NCBI GenBank assembly: GCA_028825475.1
Contig: JAPKAB010000009.1
Coordinates: 16,638-80,637 of the forward strand
DNA length: 64,000 bases
From: Ascidiaceihabitans sp.
Lineage (GTDB): Bacteria; Pseudomonadota; Alphaproteobacteria; Rhodobacterales; Rhodobacteraceae
Direction: 5' to 3'
The notes beneath the pieces were generated by a model, which saw only the letters and a program-made list of their open reading frames with translations, was not told the origin of the DNA and searched no databases. Both the position numbers and the translations under genes were made by a program. Of this stretch, positions 49,378 to 60,044 are shown piece by piece (position 1 is the stretch's first letter; every line of letters starts with the position of its first letter).

Positions 49378-51009
49378 ATGCGTTTTGCTGCACTTTTATT
49401 GGCTGTATCTCCGTCTTTCGTTTTCGCAGACACAATCGTGGCGCGGATCGCGCCAACAGATGTCACCGTTTTCACGCAAGGGGCCGAAGTGACACGCATG
49501 GGTCAGATTGACCTGCCCGCTGGTATACATGAGATCGCAATTCCAGATATGCGGCCTAACAATGGCGGAACCGACACTCCGACGGTCACCCTTTCTGGAG
49601 CCACATTGATCTCTGAGAAGTGGCAAAACAACAACTCAGTCGCACAACTTGAACCTGAGACCGAAGAATACGCCGTCGCAAAAGCAGCCGTAGAAACCAT
49701 ACAAGATGCTGTTACAGAATTAGAGGATGAAATTTCCAAAAAACAGTTGGCAATCACCGCCGCCAATGCTCAACTTGAGTTCTTAAAATCATTGTCCGAT
49801 AGCGATACTTTGCCAGACGGTATCGACACCTTGCGTGATCTGTCGCGAATGATTTCCGACGAAACCCTAAGTGCCAATGTTACAATTCAAAACGCTGAAA
49901 ATGCGGTTCGCAACCTAAGAGAAAACCTGCCCAACCTTCAGGACAGCGTAGCAATGGCACAACGCATGCTCAACGCCCTATTGCCGCCAACGGATAGATT
50001 CGCGCAACTTACACTAACCGTCTCAGTCCCTGCCGCCACGAATAGCGATATTTCCATCAAATACCTTGTACGTGACGCAGCATGGCGCCCTGTTTATGAT
50101 ATGCGCCTCACTACCGGAGATGATCCCAAGCTTGTCGTAGAACGTGGTGCCTTGCTGCTTCAACAATCTGGTGAGCGATGGAATGACGTCAACCTGACTC
50201 TTTCTACAGTCGGATTAAAAGAACGCCCAGAACCTTCGCGTATCTTCCCACAGCCTATGCGCATTTCAGATCCAGATTTGATGGTGAAACGCCAATTGAA
50301 CTCACGAGTTCAGTCTTCATACGCAGAAACTGATATGGTCCTCGAAGCGCCTGCTATAATAGAAGAAGCCTCTGGTGGTGTTGCTGATCTTTCAGGAATA
50401 GCCGCACAATACAATTTTGAATACGCCATGTCCCTAGACAGCAGTGGCGATTTCACCCGTGTCACATTGGGTGCGTTAGATTTTAATGCAGAAATCGAAG
50501 CCCGCGCCGTGCCACTTAACAACCCAACCGCTTACCGCATGGTAACATTTACCAACTCTAGCAGCGAACGCATTTTACCAGCTGAAGCGAGCTTATATGT
50601 CGATGGTCGATTGATTGCTGATTCATACGTGAACCAAATCGTACCCGGAGCGGAAACAGAATTGGGGTTTGGCCCAATCCATGGCTTGCGCTTGACGCGT
50701 ACCACATTGGATCGAAACGAAAGCGACCGCGGAATCATCACACGTTCTAACGAAAACACAGAAACTGTGCGCATTGATGTGGAAAATTTGACTGGGGAAG
50801 ATTGGAACGTCACCTTGTTAGATCGCGTACCTTACGCAGAACAAGAGGATCTGATCATCGATTGGTCAGCGGCCCCTCGTCCAACCACAACCGATTATGA
50901 AGATATGCGCGGCGTGTTGCATTGGGATTTGGATATCAAGTCAGGCACCACACAATCGGTGAACCTAAAGACAAAAATCACATGGCCTGAAGGAATGGTC
51001 CTTCGTTGA
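49378..51009 (+). CDS. DUF4139-domain (MuiA-like) exported protein
   Basis: Signal peptide, an N-terminal DUF4140-like segment, a central coiled coil and a C-terminal DUF4139-like beta region (AAWRPVYDMRL...). Family assignment is from memory. Confidence 0.6.
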   Translation: MRFAALLLAVSPSFVFADTIVARIAPTDVTVFTQGAEVTRMGQIDLPAGIHEIAIPDMRPNNGGTDTPTVTLSGATLISEKWQNNNSVAQLEPETEEYAVAKAAVETIQDAVTELEDEISKKQLAITAANAQLEFLKSLSDSDTLPDGIDTLRDLSRMISDETLSANVTIQNAENAVRNLRENLPNLQDSVAMAQRMLNALLPPTDRFAQLTLTVSVPAATNSDISIKYLVRDAAWRPVYDMRLTTGDDPKLVVERGALLLQQSGERWNDVNLTLSTVGLKERPEPSRIFPQPMRISDPDLMVKRQLNSRVQSSYAETDMVLEAPAIIEEASGGVADLSGIAAQYNFEYAMSLDSSGDFTRVTLGALDFNAEIEARAVPLNNPTAYRMVTFTNSSSERILPAEASLYVDGRLIADSYVNQIVPGAETELGFGPIHGLRLTRTTLDRNESDRGIITRSNENTETVRIDVENLTGEDWNVTLLDRVPYAEQEDLIIDWSAAPRPTTTDYEDMRGVLHWDLDIKSGTTQSVNLKTKITWPEGMVLR

Positions 51010-51018
51010 GTTGAACGC

Positions 51019-51047
51019 AAGCCCCACATAGAGAGTGGGGCTTATTT
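51019..51047 (+). terminator. rho-independent terminator after the DUF4139 gene
   Basis: aagccccac / gtggggctt stem with a 7-nt loop, followed by ATTTTCT. Confidence 0.75.
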
Positions 51048-51048
51048 T

Positions 51049-51699
51049 CTAAACTGCCTGAAATTCTTTGGCGGTAGGGTTGTAAGATTCTAATCCACCT
51101 TCGCCGATATCTGTCCAAAGTCCATGCATCGATAAAACGCCTTGATCGACGCGTTCTTTGATGAACGGGAAAGTCATTAGATTTTCTAAGGATGTTACAA
51201 CAGAGTGTTTTTCCAACTGGCGCGCTTGTTCTTCTGGATCAGTTTCATCCGCAACCAGTCCGTATTTAGGGCGCAGAATATCCATCCAACGACCCACAAA
51301 ACTTGCCTTTTCTTCCAGCTCGGGCGCATTGCCTTTGCACATGTCGATACAGCCCTGAACACCACCACAATTTGAATGCCCAAGAACAATCAAATGGGCC
51401 ACATTCAACGCAGTTACAGCATATTCGATTGCAGCGCTGGTCCCATGATAATCGCCATCTGGCTTAAAAGGTGGGACCAAATTTGCGATATTGCGGTGGA
51501 TAAAGAACTCTCCCTGATCCGCACCGAAAATAGACGTCACATGAACACGACTGTCACAGCACGAGATCACCATTGCGCGGGGGCGCTGACCCTCGGACGC
51601 TAGACGGCGATACCATGCTTGGTTCTCAGAATAGGTTGTCGCCTTCCAACCATGGTAACGCTGTAACAGATATGACGGCAATGGTTTCGCTTGATCCAT
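51049..51699 (-). CDS. can: beta-class carbonic anhydrase
   Basis: Zinc ligands in CCDSR and GHSNCGG. Length 216 aa. Confidence 0.9.
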   Translation of the reverse strand: MDQAKPLPSYLLQRYHGWKATTYSENQAWYRRLASEGQRPRAMVISCCDSRVHVTSIFGADQGEFFIHRNIANLVPPFKPDGDYHGTSAAIEYAVTALNVAHLIVLGHSNCGGVQGCIDMCKGNAPELEEKASFVGRWMDILRPKYGLVADETDPEEQARQLEKHSVVTSLENLMTFPFIKERVDQGVLSMHGLWTDIGEGGLESYNPTAKEFQAV

Positions 51700-51849
51700 T
51701 TTCTTTTCCCAACTTCAAAAGAACTTTCACCGTAAATAGCCTGTATTCGTGACGAATTCGAGAGAAAAAAGTGTTCCATCATAACCATTTGGGAAGGGTC
51801 TGAGCGCATCAGTGAATTAGCCGTGGGGGCTAGATCAAAGGTGAGTGGA

Positions 51850-52230
51850 ATGAAGCACGTAACTCAGATGAAACCAAAAGAGGCGGCTAACGTTGATCAT
51901 GATCGATTGAACGAGTTGTATACGCACCTGGGACAATCAAACGCAGAGGACATTGTTTGCCGCGCGATGGAAGAGTTGGCACTACGCTTAACTCATTGCG
52001 ACAAACTTTACCGCGACAAGGCATGGGGTGATCTGCACAAATCGGCCAAGTCATTGGTTGCGATTGCAGACCAAATTGGCATGCCTGCAGTGTCTTCAGT
52101 TGCGGGACATGTCACTATTTGCATTGATCGCGCGGACACCATCGCACTTGCTGCAACGGTGGCGAGACTCTTACGAATTGGTGAAGATTCTTTAGCTGTT
52201 ATTTGGGATTTGCAAGACATCAACATCTGA
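51850..52230 (+). CDS. small helical protein, possibly degenerate Hpt (histidine phosphotransfer) domain
   Basis: About 126 aa, predicted all-helical. LHKSAKSLVAIADQIG loosely fits the Hpt H-x-x-K-G-x-x-x-x-x-G motif. Start is uncertain (GTG 51823, ATG 51850 or ATG 51868). Confidence 0.35.
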   Translation: MKHVTQMKPKEAANVDHDRLNELYTHLGQSNAEDIVCRAMEELALRLTHCDKLYRDKAWGDLHKSAKSLVAIADQIGMPAVSSVAGHVTICIDRADTIALAATVARLLRIGEDSLAVIWDLQDINI

Positions 52231-52295
52231 ACCTGCTTGCAGCGGATATTACAGGCGTTAGGCTGGTTTCAAAATTGACCTTTGAAAGGTGACCA

Positions 52296-53675
52296 ATGTC
52301 TGTTCAATTCGCTGCTGCAACAACCAATTCAATTCCAATTCATGTAATTGACCAGGACGATCTCGAGAACTGGACGGCAAAGCAAACGCCAATGACGCAG
52401 ACATGGATCGCTTCAAATGCATTTAGCGGTGGCTTGCATCAAGCTTTGGTTGTTCCATCACCAGATGGCAGTCCGTTGATGGCTCTTGCAGGTTACGGCA
52501 ATGCCAAAGCACGCAAACGCAGTCGCTTTCATTTGGCTGGTGCCGCAGGAAAGCTGCCTGAGGGCGCATACCATATCGCGTCCGGTATCCTTGAGGCTGA
52601 GTTGCCTCAAGAAGCATTGGGGTGGTTATTGAATTCTTATCGGTTCGATCGCTACAAATCCGCCTCAGCAATGAAAGCACGGCTGATTGCCCCTGCAGGT
52701 GTGGATGCCCATGAGATAATAGCATTGGCACAAAGCGAAGCTTTGACACGCGATCTGATCAACACCCCTGCATCTGACATGGGACCACCGCAGCTGGAAA
52801 AAGCTGCACGTTCATTGGCGCAAGAATTCGGTGCGGCGATTGAAGTAACGGTTGGCGAAGACCTTTTGACCAGAAACTTCCCGATGATCCATACCGTTGG
52901 TCGCGCAGCCGATCGTGCGCCCCGATTAATCGATATGCGATGGGGTGATGATGGACCAACGCTAACCTTGGTTGGAAAGGGCGTCTGTTTCGACACTGGA
53001 GGACTAAATATCAAACCCGGAGGATCAATGGGCTTGATGAAGAAAGACATGGGCGGGTCTGCCGCGGTACTGGGTCTGGCACGCATGATCATGGCCACAG
53101 AACAAAAGATCCAATTGCGCGTACTTATTCCCGCAGTTGAAAACTCCATCTCTGCAAATGCCTTCCGTCCCCAAGACATTCTCATTTCACGCAAAGGTTT
53201 AAGTGTTGAAATCAACAACACCGATGCTGAGGGTAGGTTAGTCTTGGCTGATGCTTTGGCACTTGCTGATGAGGAAAAGCCGGATCTTATAATCTCAATG
53301 GCTACACTCACTGGCGCGGCCCGCGTTGCGGTTGGCCCCGATCTCGCACCATACTTTACAGATGATCCAAAACTGGCGAACGCCCTTGAAGCCGCAGCAA
53401 AAACTCATGCCGACCCTGTTTGGCGCTTACCGTTCCATGAACCATATGAAGCAATGATTGAACCTGGCATTGCCGACCTCGACAATGCACCAAAGGGAGG
53501 GTTTGCCGGATGCATAACCGCAGCGCTGTTCCTTCGCCGTTTTGTGACCGAAACACCTCGTTACATGCATTTTGACATCTACGGCTGGCAGCCCAACGCT
53601 GCGCCAGCACGTGCAAAAGGCGGCGTTGGTCAGGCAACTCGTGCATTGTTTGAAATGCTCAAAACTGCACTTTGA
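52296..53675 (+). CDS. M17 leucyl aminopeptidase family protein
   Basis: VGKGVCFDTGGLNIKP, the NTDAEGRLVLAD signature and MATLTGAA. Confidence 0.9.
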   Translation: MSVQFAAATTNSIPIHVIDQDDLENWTAKQTPMTQTWIASNAFSGGLHQALVVPSPDGSPLMALAGYGNAKARKRSRFHLAGAAGKLPEGAYHIASGILEAELPQEALGWLLNSYRFDRYKSASAMKARLIAPAGVDAHEIIALAQSEALTRDLINTPASDMGPPQLEKAARSLAQEFGAAIEVTVGEDLLTRNFPMIHTVGRAADRAPRLIDMRWGDDGPTLTLVGKGVCFDTGGLNIKPGGSMGLMKKDMGGSAAVLGLARMIMATEQKIQLRVLIPAVENSISANAFRPQDILISRKGLSVEINNTDAEGRLVLADALALADEEKPDLIISMATLTGAARVAVGPDLAPYFTDDPKLANALEAAAKTHADPVWRLPFHEPYEAMIEPGIADLDNAPKGGFAGCITAALFLRRFVTETPRYMHFDIYGWQPNAAPARAKGGVGQATRALFEMLKTAL

Positions 53676-53677
53676 CG

Positions 53678-54472
53678 ATGACTGATCCACGTTCCATGCC
53701 AGACCCAAATATTATTTTCGAACGAACCCCGGCGAGGGTTTCTGTGCCCGTTTCTGATCTGAATAGGCAAGCTGGACACAAACGCGATAGGCAAGTGTTG
53801 CTTGGCGAGAGGGTCACCGTCTTAGGGAATGCCGATGGGCATTCCTACGTTGTTACAGACAAAGATAACTACGTAGGTTTTATAGACAGTAGTCACTTAT
53901 GCGCCGATCATCCTACAACACACCGTATTAGCGCGTTGGCAAGCCATACCTACGGCGAAGCCAATATGAAATCGGCTGATCGCATCTCTTTAAGCCATGG
54001 TTCTTTGGTAAGGGTAACAAAAGAGACCGAGAAGTTTGCAAAGACAGAATACGGTTACATTCCAAAACAACATCTTTGCAAAGTCGAAGACAGAGATACG
54101 GCATATATTGAAACCGCTAAGCTATTTTTGGGCACCCCCTATCTATGGGGCGGCAACTCTAACACCGGCATTGATTGTTCTGGCTTGGTACAAGCCGCAC
54201 TTACGGCAAGCGGCATCCCCTGCCCTGGGGACAGTGATCAGCAAGCAGAACAATTAGGAAAAACCGTATCACCCAATTCTCGCATGGAATCCGGCGACTT
54301 TATATTTTGGAAAGGGCACATTGCACTTGCAGTAGATGCTGACACCTTAATCCATGCAAATGCGTTTCATATGGCGTGCGTTTGCGAACCACTTGATGCT
54401 GCAATCAAACGGATCAAAGACCAAGGAGACGGTGACATCACCGCACACAAACGGCTATTTTCAGTCAACTGA
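53678..54472 (+). CDS. NlpC/P60 (C40) peptidase with N-terminal SH3-like domain
   Basis: Catalytic Cys context GIDCSGLVQ and the downstream HIALAV / IHAN His residues. Confidence 0.8.
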   Translation: MTDPRSMPDPNIIFERTPARVSVPVSDLNRQAGHKRDRQVLLGERVTVLGNADGHSYVVTDKDNYVGFIDSSHLCADHPTTHRISALASHTYGEANMKSADRISLSHGSLVRVTKETEKFAKTEYGYIPKQHLCKVEDRDTAYIETAKLFLGTPYLWGGNSNTGIDCSGLVQAALTASGIPCPGDSDQQAEQLGKTVSPNSRMESGDFIFWKGHIALAVDADTLIHANAFHMACVCEPLDAAIKRIKDQGDGDITAHKRLFSVN

Positions 54473-54805
54473 GCGGATCAGCTTACGCTCTAACACACGC
54501 AGAACTGTCTTCAGATCTTGGCCGCGACGCAGAACCTGACCATCCATTCCGATGACTGCGAACATCCCTTGTTTGTCGCGAAGCTTTGGCCGCTTCTCGA
54601 TCCGGTACATAGGATTCTCAGCGGTACGCCGAAAGATCGAAAACACGGCAACTTCGCGCAATGAAGAAATACCATAGTCCCGCCACTCACCCGCAGCCAC
54701 CATCCGCCCATACAAGGATAGGATCGGAGCAAGCTCAGTACGGTGAAACGAAACCTGCGGAGGAGGAGTTTCTCGCAGATGCGGAGAGGAGTTCGGTGTA
54801 ACCAT
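54461..54805 (-). CDS. DUF2794-domain protein
   Basis: VSFHRTELAPILSLYGRMVAAGEWRDYGI...YRIEKRPKLRDKQGMF matches my memory of the conserved alphaproteobacterial DUF2794. Confidence 0.7.
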   Translation of the reverse strand: MVTPNSSPHLRETPPPQVSFHRTELAPILSLYGRMVAAGEWRDYGISSLREVAVFSIFRRTAENPMYRIEKRPKLRDKQGMFAVIGMDGQVLRRGQDLKTVLRVLERKLIRSVD

Positions 54806-54931
54806 AAACTACAATTGCGCCATTTCCCGTTCGAATCAAGGGAATCGCCGCGTTCAATTATCCACACTTGAATATGTTACAAATTCCGCGCAAGCTATTC
54901 CAAACGGAAACATGACCTGCAGGAGCAGACA

Positions 54932-55381
54932 TTGACCCCACAAGACCGCGCCAAGAAATGTGCAGAACTGATGTATGCACAAGATGCCACCACCCAAGGG
55001 TTAAAGATGGCAATTGAACATGTAGATGTTGGTACCGCGACCATGTCGATGGATGTCCAACCAAATATGCTAAACGGTCACGGAATTTGTCATGGAGGAT
55101 ATATCTTCACACTTGCCGACAGTGCCTTTGCTTTTGCCTGTAACACTTACAACCAACTTACAGTCGCTCAGCAAAACCAAATAACCTACATTCAAGCAGG
55201 CAAACTTGGTGAACGCCTAATCGCCACTGCAACTGAAACATCAAAAACAGGTCGTTCAGGCACATACGATGTTGTCGTTACGGGCGAAGCAGGCCGTATG
55301 GTTGCGCTATTTCACGGCCTTTCGCGCACAATAAAGGGGCAACATTTCCCCGAACCCGCAGATAGCAACGGAGATATTTGA
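54932..55381 (+). CDS. paaI: hydroxyphenylacetyl-CoA thioesterase PaaI
   Basis: Hotdog-fold PaaI pattern (NGHGICHGGYIFTLADSAFAFACN). TTG start with AGGAG 6 nt upstream. Directly precedes paaK. Confidence 0.8.
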   Translation: MTPQDRAKKCAELMYAQDATTQGLKMAIEHVDVGTATMSMDVQPNMLNGHGICHGGYIFTLADSAFAFACNTYNQLTVAQQNQITYIQAGKLGERLIATATETSKTGRSGTYDVVVTGEAGRMVALFHGLSRTIKGQHFPEPADSNGDI

Positions 55382-56691
55382 TGAAAGACCTAACACCTGC
55401 CAAATCGTCACTTGATCCCATTGAAATCGCCAGCCGTGACGAGATCGAGGCACTTCAGCTCACGCGCTTAAAATGGTCGCTGCGCCATGCTTATGAAAAC
55501 GTGCCTTTTTACAAAACATCATTTGATGATGCAGGTGTGCATCCTGACGATCTAAAATCGCTAAGTGATCTTACAAAATTTCCGTTCACCGTAAAACAAG
55601 ATCTACGTGCCAATTACCCTTTCGGAATGTTTGCAGTACCACGCGAACAAGTTGCACGCATCCACGCCTCATCGGGCACAACAGGCCAGCCAACGGTTGT
55701 TGGTTACACACAAAATGACCTTGATGTTTGGGGCTCAGTCGTTGCGCGTTCATTGCGTGCGTCAGGCCTGAAATCTGGTGATATGCTCCATAACGCATAT
55801 GGTTATGGATTGTTTACTGGCGGCTTAGGTATCCACTTAGGCGCTGACGCCCTTGGCCTCAGCACTGTCCCAATTTCAGGTGGTATGACTCCACGCCAAG
55901 TGCGCTTGATAAATGATTTCAAGCCAAATGGAATAACAGTCACTCCGTCCTACGCCCTTTCTATTTTAGATGAATTCGCAGCCCAAGGTTTGGATCCACG
56001 CGATTGCTCTTTGGATGTTGGCATCTTTGGTGCCGAACCATGGACCAACGCGATGCGCCACGAGATCGAACAGGCCTTTGATATGCACGCAGTCGACATC
56101 TATGGATTAAGCGAAATCATGGGCCCCGGCGTCGCGAACGAATGCGTCGAAACCAAAGACGGATTACACATTTGGGAAGATCACTTTTATCCTGAGATTA
56201 TCAATCCTGAGACAGGTGAACTTGTCGAAGACGGCGAGCAGGGTGAGCTAGTTTTTACCTCATTGACCAAAGAAGCATTCCCAATCATTCGTTACCGGAC
56301 ACGCGACTTAACCCGGTTGCTCGCAGGAACTGCACGCAGCATGCGCCGAATGGAGAAAGTGACTGGCCGTTCCGATGATATGATCATCCTGCGCGGCGTG
56401 AATGTCTTCCCAACTCAAATTGAAGAAGCCTTGATGTCGATTCCTGGCCTTGCCCCTCACTTTCAGATCGAACTCAATAAACCCGGTCGGATGGACCAAA
56501 TGCGTGTAGTCACTGAAGCTGCGCATACAAACATGGGACAAGAAGATCGCGAGAATGCAGGTCGCGCATTGGCATCTGCTATCAAGCAGTCCATTGGCAT
56601 CAGTGTTAAGATTAACGTTTTAGATGCCGGTGGTGTCGCACGCTCAGAGGGCAAAGCAGTTCGAATTTTGGATAACCGTCCAAAAACCTAA
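55381..56691 (+). CDS. paaK: phenylacetate--CoA ligase
   Basis: 437 aa of the PaaK family (SSGTTGQPTVV, YGLSEIMGPGV, RYRTRD). TGATG overlap with paaI. Confidence 0.9.
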   Translation: MKDLTPAKSSLDPIEIASRDEIEALQLTRLKWSLRHAYENVPFYKTSFDDAGVHPDDLKSLSDLTKFPFTVKQDLRANYPFGMFAVPREQVARIHASSGTTGQPTVVGYTQNDLDVWGSVVARSLRASGLKSGDMLHNAYGYGLFTGGLGIHLGADALGLSTVPISGGMTPRQVRLINDFKPNGITVTPSYALSILDEFAAQGLDPRDCSLDVGIFGAEPWTNAMRHEIEQAFDMHAVDIYGLSEIMGPGVANECVETKDGLHIWEDHFYPEIINPETGELVEDGEQGELVFTSLTKEAFPIIRYRTRDLTRLLAGTARSMRRMEKVTGRSDDMIILRGVNVFPTQIEEALMSIPGLAPHFQIELNKPGRMDQMRVVTEAAHTNMGQEDRENAGRALASAIKQSIGISVKINVLDAGGVARSEGKAVRILDNRPKT

Positions 56692-56751
56692 ACTCTCAAA
56701 ATAAGGTGCCCAATATTGCCAGCAGGCACCTAGACAGCGTAACCTGAATGC

Positions 56752-57681
56752 ATGCTAGCGATCTTTTTGAAAACGTTGCCATTCTTTACAATCATTGCCA
56801 TAGGCTATGGCGCTGGACGCACGCGTTTCTTCAACGAAGACGCAACAAAGTACTTAACGAAGTTTGTGTTCTTCTTTGCGCTTTCTGCAATGATCTTCCG
56901 TTTTGCGGCGAACCTTGAGTTGTCCGAAATATGGGACTCTCGGTTAATTGCAGCATATCTTTGGGGCACCGCTTTCGTCTATGGCATCGCTACAATTGTT
57001 GGTTTTATTAGAGGTTTAGATGTCGCCACCAACGCCATTGAGGCACAATGTGCCGTGATTGGTAATATTGGCTTCCTTGGCCTGCCAATGCTGACTTTAA
57101 TTCTAGGTGAAGCGGCCATTGGCCCAATCATGATGATGCTAGGCGTTGACCTGATCGTTTTTTCTTCGCTTATCGTGATCCTAGTCACAGGATCGCAGGA
57201 CGGCCAAATATCAGGCCGTATTTTTAGAACCGTTGGCTTAGGTTTGGTTAAGAACCCAATGATTGTGGCAATGACGCTGGGTCTTTTATGCTCAGGCTTC
57301 GACTTATATATCCCTGTCCCAGTCAATGAATTCCTAGCAATCCTTGGAGGTGCCGCGACACCAGGTGCTTTATTCGCAATAGGTGCGTCCCTTGCCACAA
57401 AGTCAGCAGAGCGCGTTGTGGTTGCCGGTTGGCTAACCTTTTGCAAATTGGTTCTGCACCCTGCCTTTGTTGCGTTTGGCGCGATCTTTCTCTTCTCAGT
57501 CGATCGCTATAGTGCCGGAGTCTTGATTGCCGCGGCATCCCTACCGGTAGCCGGCAATGTATACATGTTGGCACAGCACTATCGTGTCGCACCACAAAGG
57601 GCATCGGCCGCGATTCTACTTTCAACAGCCATTAGTCTTGTAACGGTTAGCTTAGTAATTGGTTGGGTAATGGACCCCTAA
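56752..57681 (+). CDS. AEC (auxin efflux carrier) family transporter
   Basis: 309-aa polytopic protein and a paralogue-type match to the AEC family (second AEC gene in the window). Confidence 0.8.
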   Translation: MLAIFLKTLPFFTIIAIGYGAGRTRFFNEDATKYLTKFVFFFALSAMIFRFAANLELSEIWDSRLIAAYLWGTAFVYGIATIVGFIRGLDVATNAIEAQCAVIGNIGFLGLPMLTLILGEAAIGPIMMMLGVDLIVFSSLIVILVTGSQDGQISGRIFRTVGLGLVKNPMIVAMTLGLLCSGFDLYIPVPVNEFLAILGGAATPGALFAIGASLATKSAERVVVAGWLTFCKLVLHPAFVAFGAIFLFSVDRYSAGVLIAAASLPVAGNVYMLAQHYRVAPQRASAAILLSTAISLVTVSLVIGWVMDP

Positions 57682-57776
57682 CAGGAATCATCCATTTATC
57701 CGCTCTCCTAAGAGACCTGCACTTTACCAAACCGTCCCCAACCGCTAGCGATGTTAGCAACAGCCGTAAGGAGAGA

Positions 57777-58613
57777 ATGATGAAGACCGTATCAGAGAAT
57801 ACATGCTTTGGTGGCACGCAAGGGATTTACAATCATACTTCAAAATCATGCGCATGCGACATGACATTTGCAGTATTCCTGCCTGCCGAAGCGAAAGACG
57901 GGCCCGTTCCAGTACTTTGGTATCTTTCAGGTCTGACCTGTACTCACGAAAACGCGATGTCCAAAGCTGGCGCGCAGGTTTGGGCAGCAGAACATGGAAT
58001 CGCATTGATCTTCCCAGACACTTCCCCTCGAGGCGAAGGTGTGGCGGATGACGAAAAGTATGACCTAGGGCAAGGCGCAGGTTTCTACGTCAACGCAACC
58101 CAAGACCCTTGGAAACCAAACTTTCAAATGTGGGACTACATCACCGAAGAATTACCCGCACTGATCGCAGAAAACTTCAGCATCGACACGGACCGTCAAT
58201 CGATCACCGGTCACTCGATGGGTGGGCACGGCGCATTGACCATGGCGATGAGTTTGCCGGGCCGCTACCGCTCAGTTTCAGCCTTTGCACCAATTTGCAG
58301 CCCAACCACCGCTGATTGGGGACGCAAGCAACTGACCGCATATCTTGGCACAGACGAAACCACATGGGCCGCACATGACGCGAGCCTCATGATGGAAAAA
58401 GTCGGCTTTGATGGACCCGTCCTGATCGACACAGGCACTTCGGATCAGTTCATTGATCTGCTGAAACCCGAAGCGCTTTCCGCTGCAATCGCCAAACGCC
58501 GCCAAGAAGCGACAGTGCGCCTACAACCTGGCTACGACCACAGCTACTTCTTTGTTTCAACGTTCATGGAAGACCACGTCGCCTTCCATGCTGACGCCCT
58601 ATATACGGATTAA
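57777..58613 (+). CDS. fghA: S-formylglutathione hydrolase (esterase D)
   Basis: WYLSGLTCTHEN, the nucleophile motif GHSMGGHGAL and YDHSYFF. AGGAG lies just upstream of the ATG 57777/57780 pair. Confidence 0.9.
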   Translation: MMKTVSENTCFGGTQGIYNHTSKSCACDMTFAVFLPAEAKDGPVPVLWYLSGLTCTHENAMSKAGAQVWAAEHGIALIFPDTSPRGEGVADDEKYDLGQGAGFYVNATQDPWKPNFQMWDYITEELPALIAENFSIDTDRQSITGHSMGGHGALTMAMSLPGRYRSVSAFAPICSPTTADWGRKQLTAYLGTDETTWAAHDASLMMEKVGFDGPVLIDTGTSDQFIDLLKPEALSAAIAKRRQEATVRLQPGYDHSYFFVSTFMEDHVAFHADALYTD

Positions 58614-58616
58614 ACC

Positions 58617-60044
58617 ATGAGCCATTATGACCTTATCATCATCGGTTCCGGCCCATCTGGCCGTTCTGCCGCAATCCAAGCTGGCAAACTAAAACGTCGC
58701 GTTTTAGTGATCGATCGCAAAGACCGCGTTGGCGGCGTTTCAGTGCACACTGGCACCATCCCATCGAAGACCCTGCGCGAAACGGTATTGAACCTTTCAG
58801 GATGGCGCGAGCGCAGCTTTTACGGCCGCTCGTACCGCGTAAAGCAAGAGATCAAAGCCGAAGATCTAAAGGGGCGCTTGCACATGACCCTCGATCACGA
58901 AGTCGATGTTCTAGAGCACCAGTTCAATCGTAACCACGTTGAGACATTACACGGCGCAGCACACTTCATTGATGCGAACACGATCGAGGTCGAGACCGAA
59001 GCTGGTGAAAGCACAACGCTGACTGCCGACAAATTCTTAATCTCAACGGGCACAAAGACATACCGTCCAGATTACATCCCGTTCAATGGCACAACGATTC
59101 TGGACAGCGACGAGTTCTTAGACATGGCGCAAATTCCCCGCAGTCTGATTGTTGTTGGTGCTGGTGTTATTGGTGTTGAATACGCTTCTATGTTTGCTGC
59201 CCTCGACATCAATGTCACCCTGATCGAGCCACGTGACACCTTCCTTGATTTCATCGACAAAGCGATCATACAAGACTTCACACATCAGATCAAAGAGAAC
59301 GGTGTAGATTTGCGCCTTGGCTCTGCAATCGAAAAAGTTGAGGACGCAGGCGATCACGTCGAAGTAACGCTTGAAAATGGCCGTCATATTCGCGGTGAAA
59401 TGCTTCTGTTTGCTGCGGGTCGTATGGGTGCAACTGACAAATTGAAACCAGAGGCTGCGGGTTTAGAAACAGACCACCGCGGCCGTATCGAAGTTGACCG
59501 CAAAACCTATCAAACCAAAATCTCACATATCTATGCCGCTGGTGACGTAATCGGCCACCCGTCGCTTGCCTCTACCTCAGGCCAGCAAGGTCGCGTTGCT
59601 GCGTGTCATGCGCTGGACACACCAACTTTGGGCGAAAGCGCATGGTTTCCTTACGGTATTTATTCTGTTCCAGAAATCTCTACCTGCGGCATGTCCGAAG
59701 AAGAGATGCAAGAACGCGAGATTCCATACGAAATCGGCGAAGCACGTTTTCGCGAAACATCACGTGGGCACATCATGGGTCTTGAACACGGGATGCTGAA
59801 GATGCTGGTTTCCCTCAAAACCCGTCGCGTCCTAGGTGTACAAATCGTTGGTGAGGGCGCAACTGAGCTGATCCACATTGCGCAGGCTGTTTTGAACCTT
59901 AAAGGAACTGTTGACTACTTCGTTCAAAATACGTTCAACTATCCAACTTTAGCAGAGGCTTATAAAATTGCCGGTCTCGATGCATTTAACCGCATGCCGA
60001 TTCCAGAAGAGTTCAAGACTCCAAAGAAGAAATCTAAAAAATGA
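58617..60044 (+). CDS. sthA: soluble pyridine nucleotide transhydrogenase (Si-specific)
   Basis: Flavoprotein disulfide-reductase fold ([21 protein letters not shown]) lacking the redox-disulfide CxxxxC. T-x-S in GTIPSKTL is typical of SthA. Confidence 0.85.
   Translation: MSHYDLIIIGSGPSGRSAAIQAGKLKRRVLVIDRKDRVGGVSVHTGTIPSKTLRETVLNLSGWRERSFYGRSYRVKQEIKAEDLKGRLHMTLDHEVDVLEHQFNRNHVETLHGAAHFIDANTIEVETEAGESTTLTADKFLISTGTKTYRPDYIPFNGTTILDSDEFLDMAQIPRSLIVVGAGVIGVEYASMFAALDINVTLIEPRDTFLDFIDKAIIQDFTHQIKENGVDLRLGSAIEKVEDAGDHVEVTLENGRHIRGEMLLFAAGRMGATDKLKPEAAGLETDHRGRIEVDRKTYQTKISHIYAAGDVIGHPSLASTSGQQGRVAACHALDTPTLGESAWFPYGIYSVPEISTCGMSEEEMQEREIPYEIGEARFRETSRGHIMGLEHGMLKMLVSLKTRRVLGVQIVGEGATELIHIAQAVLNLKGTVDYFVQNTFNYPTLAEAYKIAGLDAFNRMPIPEEFKTPKKKSKK

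Noticed and set aside
54818-54842. tRNA-like T-loop string (CCGTTCGAATCAAGGG) upstream of the DUF2794 gene.
   Set aside because: The stem TTCCC/GGGAA encloses an 11-nt loop rather than 7 nt. No acceptor, D or anticodon arms can be drawn around it, so it is not a tRNA.
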